Positions 45,909-56,280 of a stretch of 64,000 bases of DNA are shown in pieces (the stretch's first letter is position 1; each line of letters begins with the position of its first letter). The stretch comes from Acidimicrobiales bacterium (GTDB taxonomy: Bacteria; Actinomycetota; Acidimicrobiia; Acidimicrobiales; DATDAH01). The DNA lies in contig JBGAOY010000015.1 of assembly GCA_044221555.1 (NCBI GenBank), forward strand, positions 1,721 through 65,720, written 5' to 3'. Under the pieces are notes generated by a model. The model did no database searches, was not told the DNA's origin, and saw only the letters and a list, made by a program, of their open reading frames with translations. A program made the translations under genes and the position numbers.

Positions 45909-47440
45909 GCGACGCCACCGCCAAGCGGGCCCTGCTGTCCGTCTACGACAAGACGGGGCTGGTGCCCTTCGCCCAGGGCCTCTCCGAGCTGGGCTGGGAG
46001 CTCGTGTCCAGCGGGGGGACCGCCGCCGCCCTCGCCGAGGCCGGCCTCGAGGTGCTGGCCGTCGAGGCGGTGACGGGGTCGCCCGAGATGCTCGGCGGTC
46101 GGGTCAAGACGCTGCACCCGAAGATCCACGGCGGCATCCTGGCCGACCGCTCGAAGCCCGAGCACCTGGCCGACCTGGCCAGCCAGGACATCGGCCCCAT
46201 CGACCTGGTGGTGAGCAACCTCTACCCGTTCGTCGCCGAGCCGTCGGTGGAGATGATCGACATCGGCGGGCCCACCATGGTGCGGGCCGCGGCCAAGAAC
46301 CACGACCACGTGGCCATCCTGGTCGACCCGTCCGCCTACCCGGCGGTGCTCGACGAGCTGCGCCGCACCGGAGCGGTGTCGCCGGCCACTCGGCGGGCGC
46401 TGGCCCGCGCCGCCTTCGCCCACACCGCCGCCTACGACGCCGCCATCGTGAACTGGCTCGACGAGCGCGAGGCGGGTGTCGGCGAGGCGGTGACCGACCC
46501 GCTGCCGGCCACGCTGCACCTGGCCCTCGACCGGGCCCAGGACCTGCGCTACGGCGAGAACCCCCACCAGGTGGGCGCCCGGTACCGCCACACCCATGGC
46601 GCGGGCTGGTGGGACACCGCCACCCAGCACGGCGGCAAGGAGCTCTCGTACCTCAACCTCTACGACACCGAGGCGGCGTGGCGCCTGGTGCACAGCCTGG
46701 GGGAGGGTCCCGCGGTGGCGGTGATCAAGCACGCCAACCCGTGCGGGGTCGCGGTGGACGACGACATCACCACCGCGTACGAGCGGGCCCACGCCTGCGA
46801 CCCGGTGTCGGCCTTCGGCGGCATCGTGGCGGTGAACCGGCCGGTGCCGCTGGCCCTGGCAGAGGCGCTGGCCCCCGTGTTCACCGAGGTCGTGGTGGCG
46901 CCGGCGTTCGACGACGACGCCCTCGAGGTGCTGTCGGCCAAGAAGAACCTGCGGATCCTGTCGGCCCAACCACCCAACCCGGCGCCGCTCGAGATGCGCT
47001 CGATCGACGGTGGCCTGCTGGTGCAGACCGCCGACCGGGTCACCGTCGACCGCAGCGCCTGGCGGGTGGCCACCAAGGTGGCGCCCACCGAAGCGCAGTG
47101 GCTCGACCTCGAACTGGCGTGGCGGGTGGTGGCGCGCACGTCGTCCAACGCCATCGTGCTGGTGAAGGACGGCCAGGCCGTGGGCATCGGCTGCGGCCAG
47201 CAGAACCGGCGCGACGCCGGGCGCCTCGCCTGCGAGAAGGCCGACGGCCGCGCCGCCGGCGGGACCTACGCCAGCGACGCCTTCTTCCCCTTCCCCGACG
47301 GACTCGACGGCGCGGTCGATGCCGGGGCGGCGGCGGTGATCCAACCGGGAGGGTCCATCCGCGACGACGAGGTGATCGCTGCGGCCGACGAGCACGGCCT
47401 CGCCATGGTCTTCACCGGCGAGCGCCACTTCCGCCACTGA
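45905..47440 (+). CDS. purH: Bifunctional AICAR transformylase/IMP cyclohydrolase
   Basis: [54 protein letters not shown]. Confidence 0.98.
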   Translation: MSDATAKRALLSVYDKTGLVPFAQGLSELGWELVSSGGTAAALAEAGLEVLAVEAVTGSPEMLGGRVKTLHPKIHGGILADRSKPEHLADLASQDIGPIDLVVSNLYPFVAEPSVEMIDIGGPTMVRAAAKNHDHVAILVDPSAYPAVLDELRRTGAVSPATRRALARAAFAHTAAYDAAIVNWLDEREAGVGEAVTDPLPATLHLALDRAQDLRYGENPHQVGARYRHTHGAGWWDTATQHGGKELSYLNLYDTEAAWRLVHSLGEGPAVAVIKHANPCGVAVDDDITTAYERAHACDPVSAFGGIVAVNRPVPLALAEALAPVFTEVVVAPAFDDDALEVLSAKKNLRILSAQPPNPAPLEMRSIDGGLLVQTADRVTVDRSAWRVATKVAPTEAQWLDLELAWRVVARTSSNAIVLVKDGQAVGIGCGQQNRRDAGRLACEKADGRAAGGTYASDAFFPFPDGLDGAVDAGAAAVIQPGGSIRDDEVIAAADEHGLAMVFTGERHFRH

Positions 47441-47448
47441 TGCGCCCG

Positions 47449-47475
47449 TCGATGCCCTCGATGCCCTCGATGCCC
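47449..47475 (+). repeat. 3 x 9-bp tandem repeat TCGATGCCC between purH and folD
   Basis: Units at 47449, 47458, 47467. Confidence 0.9.
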
Positions 47476-47501
47476 GAGCATCCGATGATCTGGCGGCGAC
47501 C

Positions 47502-48368
47502 ATGACCGCGCGCGTGCTCGACGGCGAGGCGGTGGCGGCCGAGATCAAGGCCGACCTGCGGGTGCGGGTCGACGCGCTGGCCGAGCGGGGCGTCACGCCG
47601 GGCCTCGGCACGATCCTGGTGGGTGACGACGGCCCCAGCGCCAACTACGTGGGCATGAAGCACCGCGACTGCGGCGAGTTGGGCATCGGCTCGGTGCACG
47701 AGCACCTCCCGTCGAACGCCAGCCAGCAGGACGTGCTCGACGTGATCCGCCAGTTCAACGCCGACCCCCTGGTCGACGCCTACCTCGCCCAGTACCCCTT
47801 TCCCGCCGGCCTCGACTACGAGTCGGCCCTGCTCAGCGTCGACCCGGCCAAGGACGTGGACGGCCTGCACCCGGTCAACCTGGGCAAGCTGGTGATGGGG
47901 GTGGACGCACCGCTGCCCTGCACCCCCCACGGCATCCAGGTGCTGCTCGAGCACTACGGCGTGCCGATCGCCGGCCGTCACGTGGTGATCGTGGGTCGTG
48001 GCCTCACCATCGGCCGCCCGCTCGCCAACCTGCTGTCGCTCAAGCGGCCCAACGCCAACGCCGCGGTCACCGTGGTGCACACCGGGGTGGCCGACCTGGG
48101 CGCCTACACGCGCCAGGCCGACATCCTGGTCGCGGCTGCGGGGTCGCCCGGGATGATCACCGCCGACATGGTGAAGCCCGGCGCCGCGGTGGTGGCGGCC
48201 GGCGTGTCGTTCGAGGGGCGCAAGCTGCTGTCCGACGTGGCCGACGAGGTGGCCGAGGTGGCCGGTTGGCTGTCCCCCCGCATCGGCGGCGTGGGGCCGA
48301 TGACTCGGGCGATGCTGCTGCGGAACACGGTCGAGGCCGCCGAGCGGCGGGCCGCCGCCGGCGACTGA
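47502..48368 (+). CDS. folD: Methylenetetrahydrofolate dehydrogenase/cyclohydrolase
   Basis: [34 protein letters not shown]. Confidence 0.96.
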   Translation: MTARVLDGEAVAAEIKADLRVRVDALAERGVTPGLGTILVGDDGPSANYVGMKHRDCGELGIGSVHEHLPSNASQQDVLDVIRQFNADPLVDAYLAQYPFPAGLDYESALLSVDPAKDVDGLHPVNLGKLVMGVDAPLPCTPHGIQVLLEHYGVPIAGRHVVIVGRGLTIGRPLANLLSLKRPNANAAVTVVHTGVADLGAYTRQADILVAAAGSPGMITADMVKPGAAVVAAGVSFEGRKLLSDVADEVAEVAGWLSPRIGGVGPMTRAMLLRNTVEAAERRAAAGD

Positions 48369-48410
48369 CCGTTGGCCCGGCGCGGTCGGCTCCCGTAGCC
48401 TCGGGCAGCC

Positions 48411-49274
48411 ATGACCCGGATCTCCGACCTGCTCGCCGCTGGCCGCACCTATTCGTTCGAGTTCTTCCCCCCGAAGACCGACGAGGCCACCGCCGTCCTC
48501 GAGCAGACGATCCTCGAGCTCGAGCCGCTGGCCCCGTCGTTCGTGTCGGTCACCTACGGCGCCGGCGGCAGCACCCGGGAGCGCACCCGTGACGTGGTGC
48601 TGCACATCGAGCGCGACACGTCGATGACGGCGATGGCCCACCTCACCTGCGTGGGCCACACCCGCCAGGAGCTGGTCGACATCCTCACCGAGTACCGCGA
48701 CGCGGGCATCGAGAACATCCTGGCCCTGGCCGGCGACCCGCCCGAAGGCGTCGAGCCGGGTCCCGCCGAACTGGCCTACGCCCTCGACCTCGTCGAGCTG
48801 GCCCGCGACAGCGACCACTTCTCCATCGGCGTGGCCGCCCACCCGGAGCTGCACCCCCGCTCGCCCGACCGCGCCTCCGATCGTGAGCACCTGGCCGCCA
48901 AGCTGCGGGTGGCCGACTTCGGCATCACCCAATTCTTCTTCCGGCCCGAGCCCTACCTCACCATGATCGACGAGCTGGGGGCCCTGGGCGTCACCACCCC
49001 GGTGCTGCCGGGCATCATGCCCGTCACCAACGCCGGCCAGGTGAAGCGCTTCGCCGAGATGGCCGGCGCCGAATTCCCCGCCGACCTGGCCGAGCGGTTG
49101 GTCGACGCGAGCGACGACCCGGCCGAGGTGCGCCGCATCGGCGTGGAGGTGGCCACCGAGCTGTGCCAGGACCTGCTCGACGCCGGTGCGCCCGGCCTGC
49201 ACTTCTACACGCTCAACCGGTCGACCGCGACCCGCGAGATCTACGCCAACCTCGGCCTGCCGGACGTCGGCTGA
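48411..49274 (+). CDS. metF: Methylenetetrahydrofolate reductase
   Basis: [43 protein letters not shown]. Confidence 0.96.
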   Translation: MTRISDLLAAGRTYSFEFFPPKTDEATAVLEQTILELEPLAPSFVSVTYGAGGSTRERTRDVVLHIERDTSMTAMAHLTCVGHTRQELVDILTEYRDAGIENILALAGDPPEGVEPGPAELAYALDLVELARDSDHFSIGVAAHPELHPRSPDRASDREHLAAKLRVADFGITQFFFRPEPYLTMIDELGALGVTTPVLPGIMPVTNAGQVKRFAEMAGAEFPADLAERLVDASDDPAEVRRIGVEVATELCQDLLDAGAPGLHFYTLNRSTATREIYANLGLPDVG

Positions 49275-49318
49275 GCGCGCGGGAACGCCGGCGGCGACGG
49301 GCCGGTAGCGTTCTGCGG

Positions 49319-50734
49319 ATGAGGGACTACGACAAGCTGTACATCGACGGGGCCTGGGTGGAGCCGGTCGGCACCGGCACGATCGAGGTCATCAACGCGT
49401 CCACCGAAGCGGTGATGGGGCACATCCCCGAAGGGGCCGCGGCCGACATCGACCGGGCGGTCGCCGCCGCCAAGGCCGCGTTCGAGACCTGGGGGTTCAC
49501 GGCCAAGGAGGAGCGGGGCAAGTACCTCCAGCGCCTGGCCGAGGGCCTGCAGGCCCGCAGCGCCGAGATCGGCGAGGTGATCAGCCAAGAGGTCGGCATG
49601 CCCCTCATGTGGTCCAACATGATCCAGGCCGGCCTGCCCGTCGGGAACATGGCCAACTACGTCGAGATCCTGAGCGCGTTCGAGTTCGAGGAGGAGATCG
49701 GCAACTCCCTCGTGGTGAAGACACCGGTGGGCGTGGTCGGCGCCATCACGCCGTGGAACTACCCACTCCACCAGATCGTGTGCAAGGTCGCCCCCGCGCT
49801 GGCCGCCGGCTGCACCGTGGTCCTCAAGCCCAGCGAGGTGGCCCCCCTCAACGCCTTCATCATGGCCGAGGTCATCGACGAGGTCGGGCTCCCGGCCGGC
49901 GTGTTCAACCTGGTCACCGGCACCGGCCCCGTGGTCGGCGAGCGCCTGGCCGAGCACCCCGACGTCAACATGATCTCGTTCACGGGGTCGACCACCGCGG
50001 GCAAGCGGGTGGCCAAGGTCGCGGCCGACACGGTGAAGCGGGTCACGCTCGAATTGGGCGGCAAGTCGGCCAACATCATCCTCGACGACGCCAACCTGGA
50101 GAAGGTCGTGCCCAAGGGGCTCTTCGCCTGCTTCATGAACTCGGGCCAGACCTGCACCGCCCACACCAGGATGCTGGTGCCCCGCGACAAGCAGGACGAG
50201 GTGGTCGAACTGGCCCGGGCTGCCGCCGAGGCCTTCCCGGTCGGCCCCGCCAGCAGCGAGGCCACGCTCGGGCCGGTGATCTCCGACACCCAGCGCGAGC
50301 GCGTCCGCAGCTACATCCGCAAAGGCATCGAGGAGGGCGCCACCCTGGTCACCGGCGGGCCCGACGCGCCCGAGGGGCTCGACACCGGCTACTTCGTGCG
50401 GCCCACGGTGTTCGCCGACGTGTCACCCGACATGACCATCGCCCAGGAGGAGATCTTCGGCCCCGTGCTGTCGATCATCCCCTACGAGGACGAGGACGAC
50501 GCCATCCGCATCGCCAACGGCACCCTCTACGGCCTCGCCGGCGGCGTGCAGTCGGCCGACCCCGAGCGGGCCGAACGCGTGGCCCGGCGCATGCGGGCCG
50601 GCCAGATCGACGTCAACGGCGGCTCGTACAACATCCTGGCCCCCTTCGGAGGGTTCGGTCAGAGTGGGTACGGGCGCGAGAACGGCGTCTACGGGCTCGA
50701 GGAGTTCCTCGAGGCGAAGTCGATCCAGCGCTGA
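49319..50734 (+). CDS. Aldehyde dehydrogenase
   Basis: [37 protein letters not shown]. Confidence 0.95.
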   Translation: MRDYDKLYIDGAWVEPVGTGTIEVINASTEAVMGHIPEGAAADIDRAVAAAKAAFETWGFTAKEERGKYLQRLAEGLQARSAEIGEVISQEVGMPLMWSNMIQAGLPVGNMANYVEILSAFEFEEEIGNSLVVKTPVGVVGAITPWNYPLHQIVCKVAPALAAGCTVVLKPSEVAPLNAFIMAEVIDEVGLPAGVFNLVTGTGPVVGERLAEHPDVNMISFTGSTTAGKRVAKVAADTVKRVTLELGGKSANIILDDANLEKVVPKGLFACFMNSGQTCTAHTRMLVPRDKQDEVVELARAAAEAFPVGPASSEATLGPVISDTQRERVRSYIRKGIEEGATLVTGGPDAPEGLDTGYFVRPTVFADVSPDMTIAQEEIFGPVLSIIPYEDEDDAIRIANGTLYGLAGGVQSADPERAERVARRMRAGQIDVNGGSYNILAPFGGFGQSGYGRENGVYGLEEFLEAKSIQR

Positions 50735-50836
50735 ATACTTCTCGCGTCGTGATCCGCTGGAACCCGGCGGCCCCCTCCCGGTCGGTCCGTCGTCGCCGGT
50801 TTCTGCCTGCATCTGTGTCTTGGGTAGGTTCGTCGT

Positions 50837-51826
50837 ATGAGCAGAGATCCGGTTCGGGTGGCGGTTACGGGTGCGGCGGGGCAGATCGGGTACGCCATTC
50901 TGTTTCGCATCGCTTCGGGGCAGTTGCTGGGGCCGGACCAGCCGGTGATCCTCCACCTGCTCGAGATCACGCCGGCGCTCGACGGGCTGCGGGGCGTGGT
51001 GATGGAGCTCGAGGACTGCGCCTTCCCGCTGCTGGCCGGCGTGGTGCAGACCGACGACGCCAACCAGGCCTTCGACGGGGTGAACTACGCGCTCCTGGTC
51101 GGCTCACGGCCCCGGACGAAGGGCATGGAGCGGGGTGAGCTGCTCGCCGCCAACGGGGCCATCTTCACCGCGCAGGGCAAGGCCCTGTCCGACAACGCGG
51201 CCGACGACGTCCGCATCCTGGTGGTGGGCAACCCGGCCAACACCAACTGCCTCATCGCCATGAACAACGCCCCAGCCATCCCGGCGCAGCGGTTCTCGGC
51301 CATGACCCGGCTCGACCACAACCGGGCCCTCGCCCAGGTGGCCCAGAAGGCCGGTGTGCCGGTCAGCGACGTGACCAACATGACCATCTGGGGCAACCAC
51401 TCGGCCACCCAGTACCCCGACCTGTTCCACGCCAAGATCGGTGACCGCAACGCCGCCGAGGTGATCGACGACGAGGCGTGGCTCGTCGACGACTTCATCC
51501 CCACGGTGCAGAAGCGTGGCGCGGCCATCATCGAGGCCCGCGGCCTGTCCAGCGCCGCCTCGGCCGCCAACGCCGCCATCGCCCACGTGCGCACCTGGGT
51601 GGACGGAACCCCCGAGGGCGACTGGGTGAGCATGGGCATCCCGTCGGACGGCTCCTACGGGGTGCCCGAGGGCCTGATCTCGTCGTTCCCGGTCACCACC
51701 GGCGGAGGCGACTGCGCCATCGTCCAGAGCCTCGACCTCAACGACTTCTCCAGCGAGCGCATCGACGCGTCGGTGGCCGAGCTGATCGACGAGCGTGACG
51801 AGGTGGCGGCGCTCGGCCTGATCTGA
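50837..51826 (+). CDS. mdh: Malate dehydrogenase
   Basis: [53 protein letters not shown]. Confidence 0.97.
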   Translation: MSRDPVRVAVTGAAGQIGYAILFRIASGQLLGPDQPVILHLLEITPALDGLRGVVMELEDCAFPLLAGVVQTDDANQAFDGVNYALLVGSRPRTKGMERGELLAANGAIFTAQGKALSDNAADDVRILVVGNPANTNCLIAMNNAPAIPAQRFSAMTRLDHNRALAQVAQKAGVPVSDVTNMTIWGNHSATQYPDLFHAKIGDRNAAEVIDDEAWLVDDFIPTVQKRGAAIIEARGLSSAASAANAAIAHVRTWVDGTPEGDWVSMGIPSDGSYGVPEGLISSFPVTTGGGDCAIVQSLDLNDFSSERIDASVAELIDERDEVAALGLI

Positions 51827-51854
51827 CTCGCTCGTCCCGGCGACCCTCGACGCA

Positions 51855-51879
51855 CCAGCGGTCGATGTGCGACCGCTGG
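51855..51879. terminator. Hairpin between convergent mdh and adh
   Basis: CCAGCGGTCG-atgtg-CGACCGCTGG perfect 10-bp stem. Confidence 0.55.
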
Positions 51880-51902
51880 CACGTCGTGTTGGTGATGGCG
51901 GG

Positions 51903-52946
51903 TCAGGATCGGGTGAGGATCACCTTCAGCGCGCCGGTGTCGGCGGCCCGCCCGAACACGTCGTAGGCCTCCTCGACCTGGGAGAGGGCGAAGTGGTGGG
52001 TGGCGAAGCGGTTGGCGTCCAACTGGTCGCCCTGCAGCAGGCGCAGGAGCGTGGGAGTGGAGTAGGTGTCGACCAGACCCATGGTGATGGTGACGTCCTT
52101 GATCCACATCTCCTCGAGGTGCAGGGTGACCGGCTCGCCGTGGACGCCGATGTTGGCCACGTGCCCGCCGGGTCGCACCAGCGCCGCCGCCAGTTCGAAG
52201 GTGGCGGGCACACCGACGGCCTCGATGGTGACGTCGGCGCCGAGCCCGCCGGTCAACTCGGCGAGCACGGCGGCGGGGTCTTCACGGCCGTTGTTCACCG
52301 TGACGTCGGCGCCGAAGGCCTTGGCCGCCTCGAGGCGGCTGTCGGCCAGGTCGATGGCCACGACGTGGGACGGGCTGTACAAGCGGCTCCCCATGATCGC
52401 GGAGAGCCCGATGGGCCCGGCACCCACCACCGCGACCACGTCACCCGGTTGGATGCCGCCGTTGAGGACGCCCACCTCGTAGCCCGTGGGGAGGATGTCG
52501 GCGAGCATCAGCAGCGCCTCGTCACCGACCCCGGCCGGCGCCGGATAGGTGGAGGTGTCGGCGAAGGGCACCCGCACGTACTCCGCCTGGGTGCCGTCGA
52601 TCTTGTGGCCCAGGATCCAGCCGCCGCCGCCCACACATTGTCCGTAGCGACTCTCCCTGCAGAACCGACAGGCGCCACAGGCGGAGATGCAGGACACGAG
52701 CACCCGGTCGCCGACGTGCACGTTCTTGACGCCGGCGCCCACCGACTCGACGGTGCCCACCGCCTCGTGGCCGAGGATCCGGCCGTCGGTGACCGCGGGG
52801 ACGTCGCCCTTGAGGATGTGCAGGTCGGTGCCGCAGATCGTGGTGGCGTCCACGCGGACGACGGCGTCGGTGTCGGCCTCGGTCTCGGGCTTCGGCACGT
52901 CCTCCCAGGCCATCGAGTCGGGGCCGTGGTAGACGAGGGCCTTCAT
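51903..52946 (-). CDS. Zinc-dependent alcohol dehydrogenase (MDR family)
   Basis: ICGTDLH, GHEAVG, CISACGACRFC...C, GAGPIG. Confidence 0.93.
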   Translation of the reverse strand: MKALVYHGPDSMAWEDVPKPETEADTDAVVRVDATTICGTDLHILKGDVPAVTDGRILGHEAVGTVESVGAGVKNVHVGDRVLVSCISACGACRFCRESRYGQCVGGGGWILGHKIDGTQAEYVRVPFADTSTYPAPAGVGDEALLMLADILPTGYEVGVLNGGIQPGDVVAVVGAGPIGLSAIMGSRLYSPSHVVAIDLADSRLEAAKAFGADVTVNNGREDPAAVLAELTGGLGADVTIEAVGVPATFELAAALVRPGGHVANIGVHGEPVTLHLEEMWIKDVTITMGLVDTYSTPTLLRLLQGDQLDANRFATHHFALSQVEEAYDVFGRAADTGALKVILTRS

Positions 52947-53509
52947 CACGTGAGCCAGTTGTGCTTGCGCACGATGTTGGTCCGGGCCCAGATCCGCCCG
53001 AGGCCGAGGGTGTTGCCGGCCCCGACGACGGCGAGGCCCAGCAGGACGAGGGCGTAGACGATGTGGTCGTCCATGAAGGGGTTGTTCTCGGGCGGGAGGC
53101 TGGCGGTCCACATCAGGACCAGCAGCAGCGCGCCGGAGACGGCGGCGATGCGCATGCCGATGCCCAGGAGCAGGGCGACCCCGATGCACAGCAGGCCGAG
53201 CATGAAGCCCCAGTTGGCCCACGCGTCGCCGGCGAAGCTCTGGTAGAAGCCGGCGAAGGGGCCGGCGGCATGGCTGAGGAACCCGGCGGTGGGCGAACCG
53301 CCGTCGATCCAGGCCTCAGCGCCTGGGGTCTCGTGGCCGAGGCCGAAGGTCTTGTCGAGGAAGGGCCACAGGAAGGTCCAGCCCAGGCAGATGCGCACGG
53401 CGGCCCACAGGTAGTTGGCGGTGCCGGCCGGCAGCATCTTGGCGGTGGTGGTCTCGTTGGGGTCGCGCAAGGCGTCCGGTGCGGTCAGTCGTTCGAGCGT
53501 GGTGGTCAC
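52946..53509 (-). CDS. DoxX-family membrane protein
   Basis: RICLGWTFLWPFLDK, AWIDGGSPT.GFL, GMRIAA, NPFMDDH; CAGGAG SD before GTG. Confidence 0.8.
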   Translation of the reverse strand: MTTTLERLTAPDALRDPNETTTAKMLPAGTANYLWAAVRICLGWTFLWPFLDKTFGLGHETPGAEAWIDGGSPTAGFLSHAAGPFAGFYQSFAGDAWANWGFMLGLLCIGVALLLGIGMRIAAVSGALLLVLMWTASLPPENNPFMDDHIVYALVLLGLAVVGAGNTLGLGRIWARTNIVRKHNWLT

Positions 53510-53844
53510 GTGCGGCTCCTGTGCTGAGGAGAGGCCACGTCCGCCAGAGGTGCGTTCGTCCTGTCGGACCCAGCGTCTCGCGGGTCGATCGAGCAGGCGC
53601 CACCGGGGTCCGGGGCAACGCTTCCGGGGCGTTCTCACCGCAGCGAGCGCACCCCGACACAGGTATGGATACCTCCTGCTGTGTCAGCGGTCACCATACG
53701 CTGTCGTGGCATGCACGTGGCTCTTCGTGCGGATCGTCATACAACAGACATCTTCATTCATGCCATCGGGAGAGGGAGCATCTCGAGACGGAGCGTCTCG
53801 TCACGGGGATCCCTGGTCCCAGGCACCGGTAGTCCTTCCGATGC

Positions 53845-54681
53845 TCACTTCAGGAACTTGCTGGTGGTGTTGTCGGCCAGCACCTTGCCGCCGGTCTGGC
53901 AGGTGGCGCAGTAGTTCACGGTGTAGCTGCGGTACTCGACCGCCCGCACCACGTCGCCGCAGACCGGGCACGTCTCACCCTCGCGGTGGTGCACGGCGCC
54001 GGGGCGCTCTTTGGACGAGCTCATGTCGTCGCGGGCCCGCTCGGACGCCAGTGACGATTCGATCTCGGCGTGGATGGCCGTGGCGAGCCGCTCGACCTCG
54101 TCGGGGCCGAGCTTCGCCGCGTTGGCGAACGGCGACAGCTTGGCGCTGTGGCAGATCTCGTTGGCCAGGCGCCGGCCGATGCCCGCCAGCGCCTGCTGGT
54201 TGCGCAGCACCCCGTGCACCCGGCCCGAGTGCTGCGCCAGGATCGCGCCGAGGGCGGCAGCGTCGAGCGTCTCGGCATCGGGGCCGAGGCCCAGGACGGG
54301 GTCCTGCGTCTCGGTGTCGCCGGCGACCGCCCACACGCCGGCCCGCTTCTCGGTGCCGGCCTCGGTGAGCAGCAGGGCCCGGTCGTCGGCGAACACCCAG
54401 CGGGCCAGGCCGCCCCGGGGCTTGGCGCTCTGCTTGGGATCGGGCTTGAGTCGGCCGCCCTGCATCAGGTGCACCACGAACGTGAGCGGCGGGAACTCGA
54501 GCAGCAGGTACTTGCCCCGCCGCCCCACCCGCTGCAGCTCGGTGCCCACCGCTTCGTCAGGGTTCGGGGCGTAGGTCTTCAACGCGGTGAAGGTGAGCGG
54601 ACGGAACGACGCCAGTTCGGCGCCGCCGAACTCGGCGGTCAGGCGCTCGGCGTGGGCCGCGATCTCCGGCATCTCGGGCAC
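53845..54681 (-). CDS. Fpg/Nei-family DNA glycosylase
   Basis: N-terminal PEMPEI, RRGKYL, HLMQGG, GIGRRLANE, CPVC...CATCQ zinc finger; TAGCGT -10 6 nt before GTG. Confidence 0.92.
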   Translation of the reverse strand: MPEMPEIAAHAERLTAEFGGAELASFRPLTFTALKTYAPNPDEAVGTELQRVGRRGKYLLLEFPPLTFVVHLMQGGRLKPDPKQSAKPRGGLARWVFADDRALLLTEAGTEKRAGVWAVAGDTETQDPVLGLGPDAETLDAAALGAILAQHSGRVHGVLRNQQALAGIGRRLANEICHSAKLSPFANAAKLGPDEVERLATAIHAEIESSLASERARDDMSSSKERPGAVHHREGETCPVCGDVVRAVEYRSYTVNYCATCQTGGKVLADNTTSKFLK

Positions 54682-54775
54682 CACGCCACGCTACTGGCGG
54701 CACCCGGTCCGTCCTTCCCGAGGCAGCGGGCGCGCCCGCCGCGCGCCGCTGGCCTCGGCGTCGAGGGGTCGGCGC

Positions 54776-54895
54776 GTTCTCGAGGCAATGCCCCCCGGGT
54801 TCCGGGGGCTATTGCCTCGGGTTCGGTGGTGGGCCGTTCTCGAGGCATCGACAGGCGGGTTCCGGGGGTCATTGCCTCGAGTTCGGCGGTCGGTG
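54776..54895. repeat. Two tandem 60-bp palindromic units (REP/BIME-like)
   Basis: GTTCTCGAGGCA...GGGTTCCGGGGG..ATTGCCTCG.GTTCGG at 54776 and 54836; each folds via CGAGGCA/TGCCTCG. Confidence 0.85.
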
Positions 54896-54914
54896 GGGGG
54901 CGTACCCTGGGGGC

Positions 54915-55289
54915 GTGTGGATCGTCGGGTTGGACCACGTGCAGGTGGCGGCGCCGGCCGGCGCCGAGGGCCAGGCCCGCCGCTTCTACGGTGAGCTGTT
55001 GGGCCTGCCCGAGATGCCCAAGCCGCCTGAGCTCGCCGGCCGCGGCGGCGTCTGGTTCCAGTGCGGCGCCCAACAACTGCACGTCGGTGTCGACGAGCCC
55101 TTCGTACCGGCCCGCAAGGCCCATCCGGGCATCGCCGTGGCCTCCATCGCCGACCTCGAGGCGCTCGCCGAGCGCCTCACTGCCGCCGGCATCGACGTGC
55201 GCTGGGACACGGTCGTTCCCGGCGTCCACCGCTTCCACACCGACGACCCCTGGGGCAACCGCCTCGAGTTCGTGGCGCAGAACGACTGA
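54915..55289 (+). CDS. VOC/glyoxalase family protein
   Basis: GLDHVQVAAP, FYGELLGL, QLHVG, DPWGNRLEF. Confidence 0.88.
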   Translation: MWIVGLDHVQVAAPAGAEGQARRFYGELLGLPEMPKPPELAGRGGVWFQCGAQQLHVGVDEPFVPARKAHPGIAVASIADLEALAERLTAAGIDVRWDTVVPGVHRFHTDDPWGNRLEFVAQND

Positions 55290-55336
55290 CTCCCGGGCCG
55301 TCCGTCCGACCAGGCGCGGGTGCTCGGTCCGTCGAA

Positions 55337-55380
55337 CTGGCTCCCGAAAGGACCGCTATGACGGTCGTTTCGGGAGCCAG
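55337..55380. terminator. Strong hairpin between convergent genes
   Basis: CTGGCTCCCGAAA/TTTCGGGAGCCAG plus inner GACCG/CGGTC. Confidence 0.65.
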
Positions 55381-55391
55381 AACAACGGCAG

Positions 55392-55772
55392 TCAGTACGT
55401 GGTGTCGGCCCGCACCGCCGCCAGGGCGTCGCCCACCGCGGCCATGGCGGGGGCTGCCTCGATGAGGGCGCCGGCGTCGCCACCCATGGTGATGCGGCCG
55501 GTCATGAACGCCTCCTGAGCGCTCAGGTCGCCGTTGGCGACGGCGGCGGCGGTGGCGTAGTCCTGGGTGAACGTGACGGTGGGAGAGGGGTGGGCCCCCT
55601 GCCGCACCGTCCGGGCGGCGTCGGTGATCGCCACGTGCCACACCACCGGCCCGTCGGGGCCATCGTCCACCTGCTGTTGGATGACGAGTGCCGGTAGGGC
55701 GGAGCCGTCGAACTCGGGCTCGAGCGCCGCCGCCACGGCGGTGAACCACTCGTCGCTCAGGTAGCGGGCCAT
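55392..55772 (-). CDS. SCP2 sterol/lipid-binding domain protein
   Basis: MARYLSDEW, VTFTQDYATA, AFMTGRITMGGD. Confidence 0.8.
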   Translation of the reverse strand: MARYLSDEWFTAVAAALEPEFDGSALPALVIQQQVDDGPDGPVVWHVAITDAARTVRQGAHPSPTVTFTQDYATAAAVANGDLSAQEAFMTGRITMGGDAGALIEAAPAMAAVGDALAAVRADTTY

Positions 55773-55850
55773 CCCCCGAGCTTGGCACGGGGGGCACACC
55801 GCGCCGGTGTCGGAACGGAGCGGGCCCACCGTGGCCTACAGTCACCGCGC

Positions 55851-56183
55851 ATGCCAGAGATCGGGCGAGGCGAGGCCGTGTTCCCCCACGAGCCGGTGAC
55901 GGGCGAGTGGCGGCTGCTCGACGGCCCCGACGACGTGCTCGCGCTGATGGACACCGGTGCCGACGGCATCGTCGCCGCGGTGCGCGACGCCGGCGCCACG
56001 TTCCTGGCGCCGATCTACCACGAGCTCACCGGCATCGTCTGCACGGGAGGCACGGTGCGCAGCCACATCGGCATCGTCAGCCGCGAGTTCCAGGTGCCGT
56101 GCGTGATGGGCGCCGCCTTCCCCGACGGCGAGCCTGCCGACGGCGACCGGGTCACCCTCGACGACGGCGTGATCCTCTCTTGA
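55851..56183 (+). CDS. Stand-alone PEP-utilising enzyme mobile (phosphohistidine swivel) domain
   Basis: GIVCTGGTVRSHIGIVSREFQVPCVMG matches GG..SH.AIV.RE..IP.VVG; 110 aa. Confidence 0.85.
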   Translation: MPEIGRGEAVFPHEPVTGEWRLLDGPDDVLALMDTGADGIVAAVRDAGATFLAPIYHELTGIVCTGGTVRSHIGIVSREFQVPCVMGAAFPDGEPADGDRVTLDDGVILS

Positions 56184-56280
56184 TCGCTCGTCCGCTGGCG
56201 CCTCGTCACATCGCCCACCCATCGCTCCTCGCGGGCTCGGGGGTGGCACGCTCGTCCCTCGCTCGCCGCACCGGGGTTCG

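Noticed and set aside
48369-48410. SAM riboswitch before metF
   Set aside because: Only 42 bp of spacer, holding a -10 box 9 nt before ATG; no room
53510-53844. DosR-like box or small ORF in the 335-bp gap upstream of doxX-adh
   Set aside because: GGGATCCCTGGTCCC has the wrong spacing and core; candidate ORFs look non-coding
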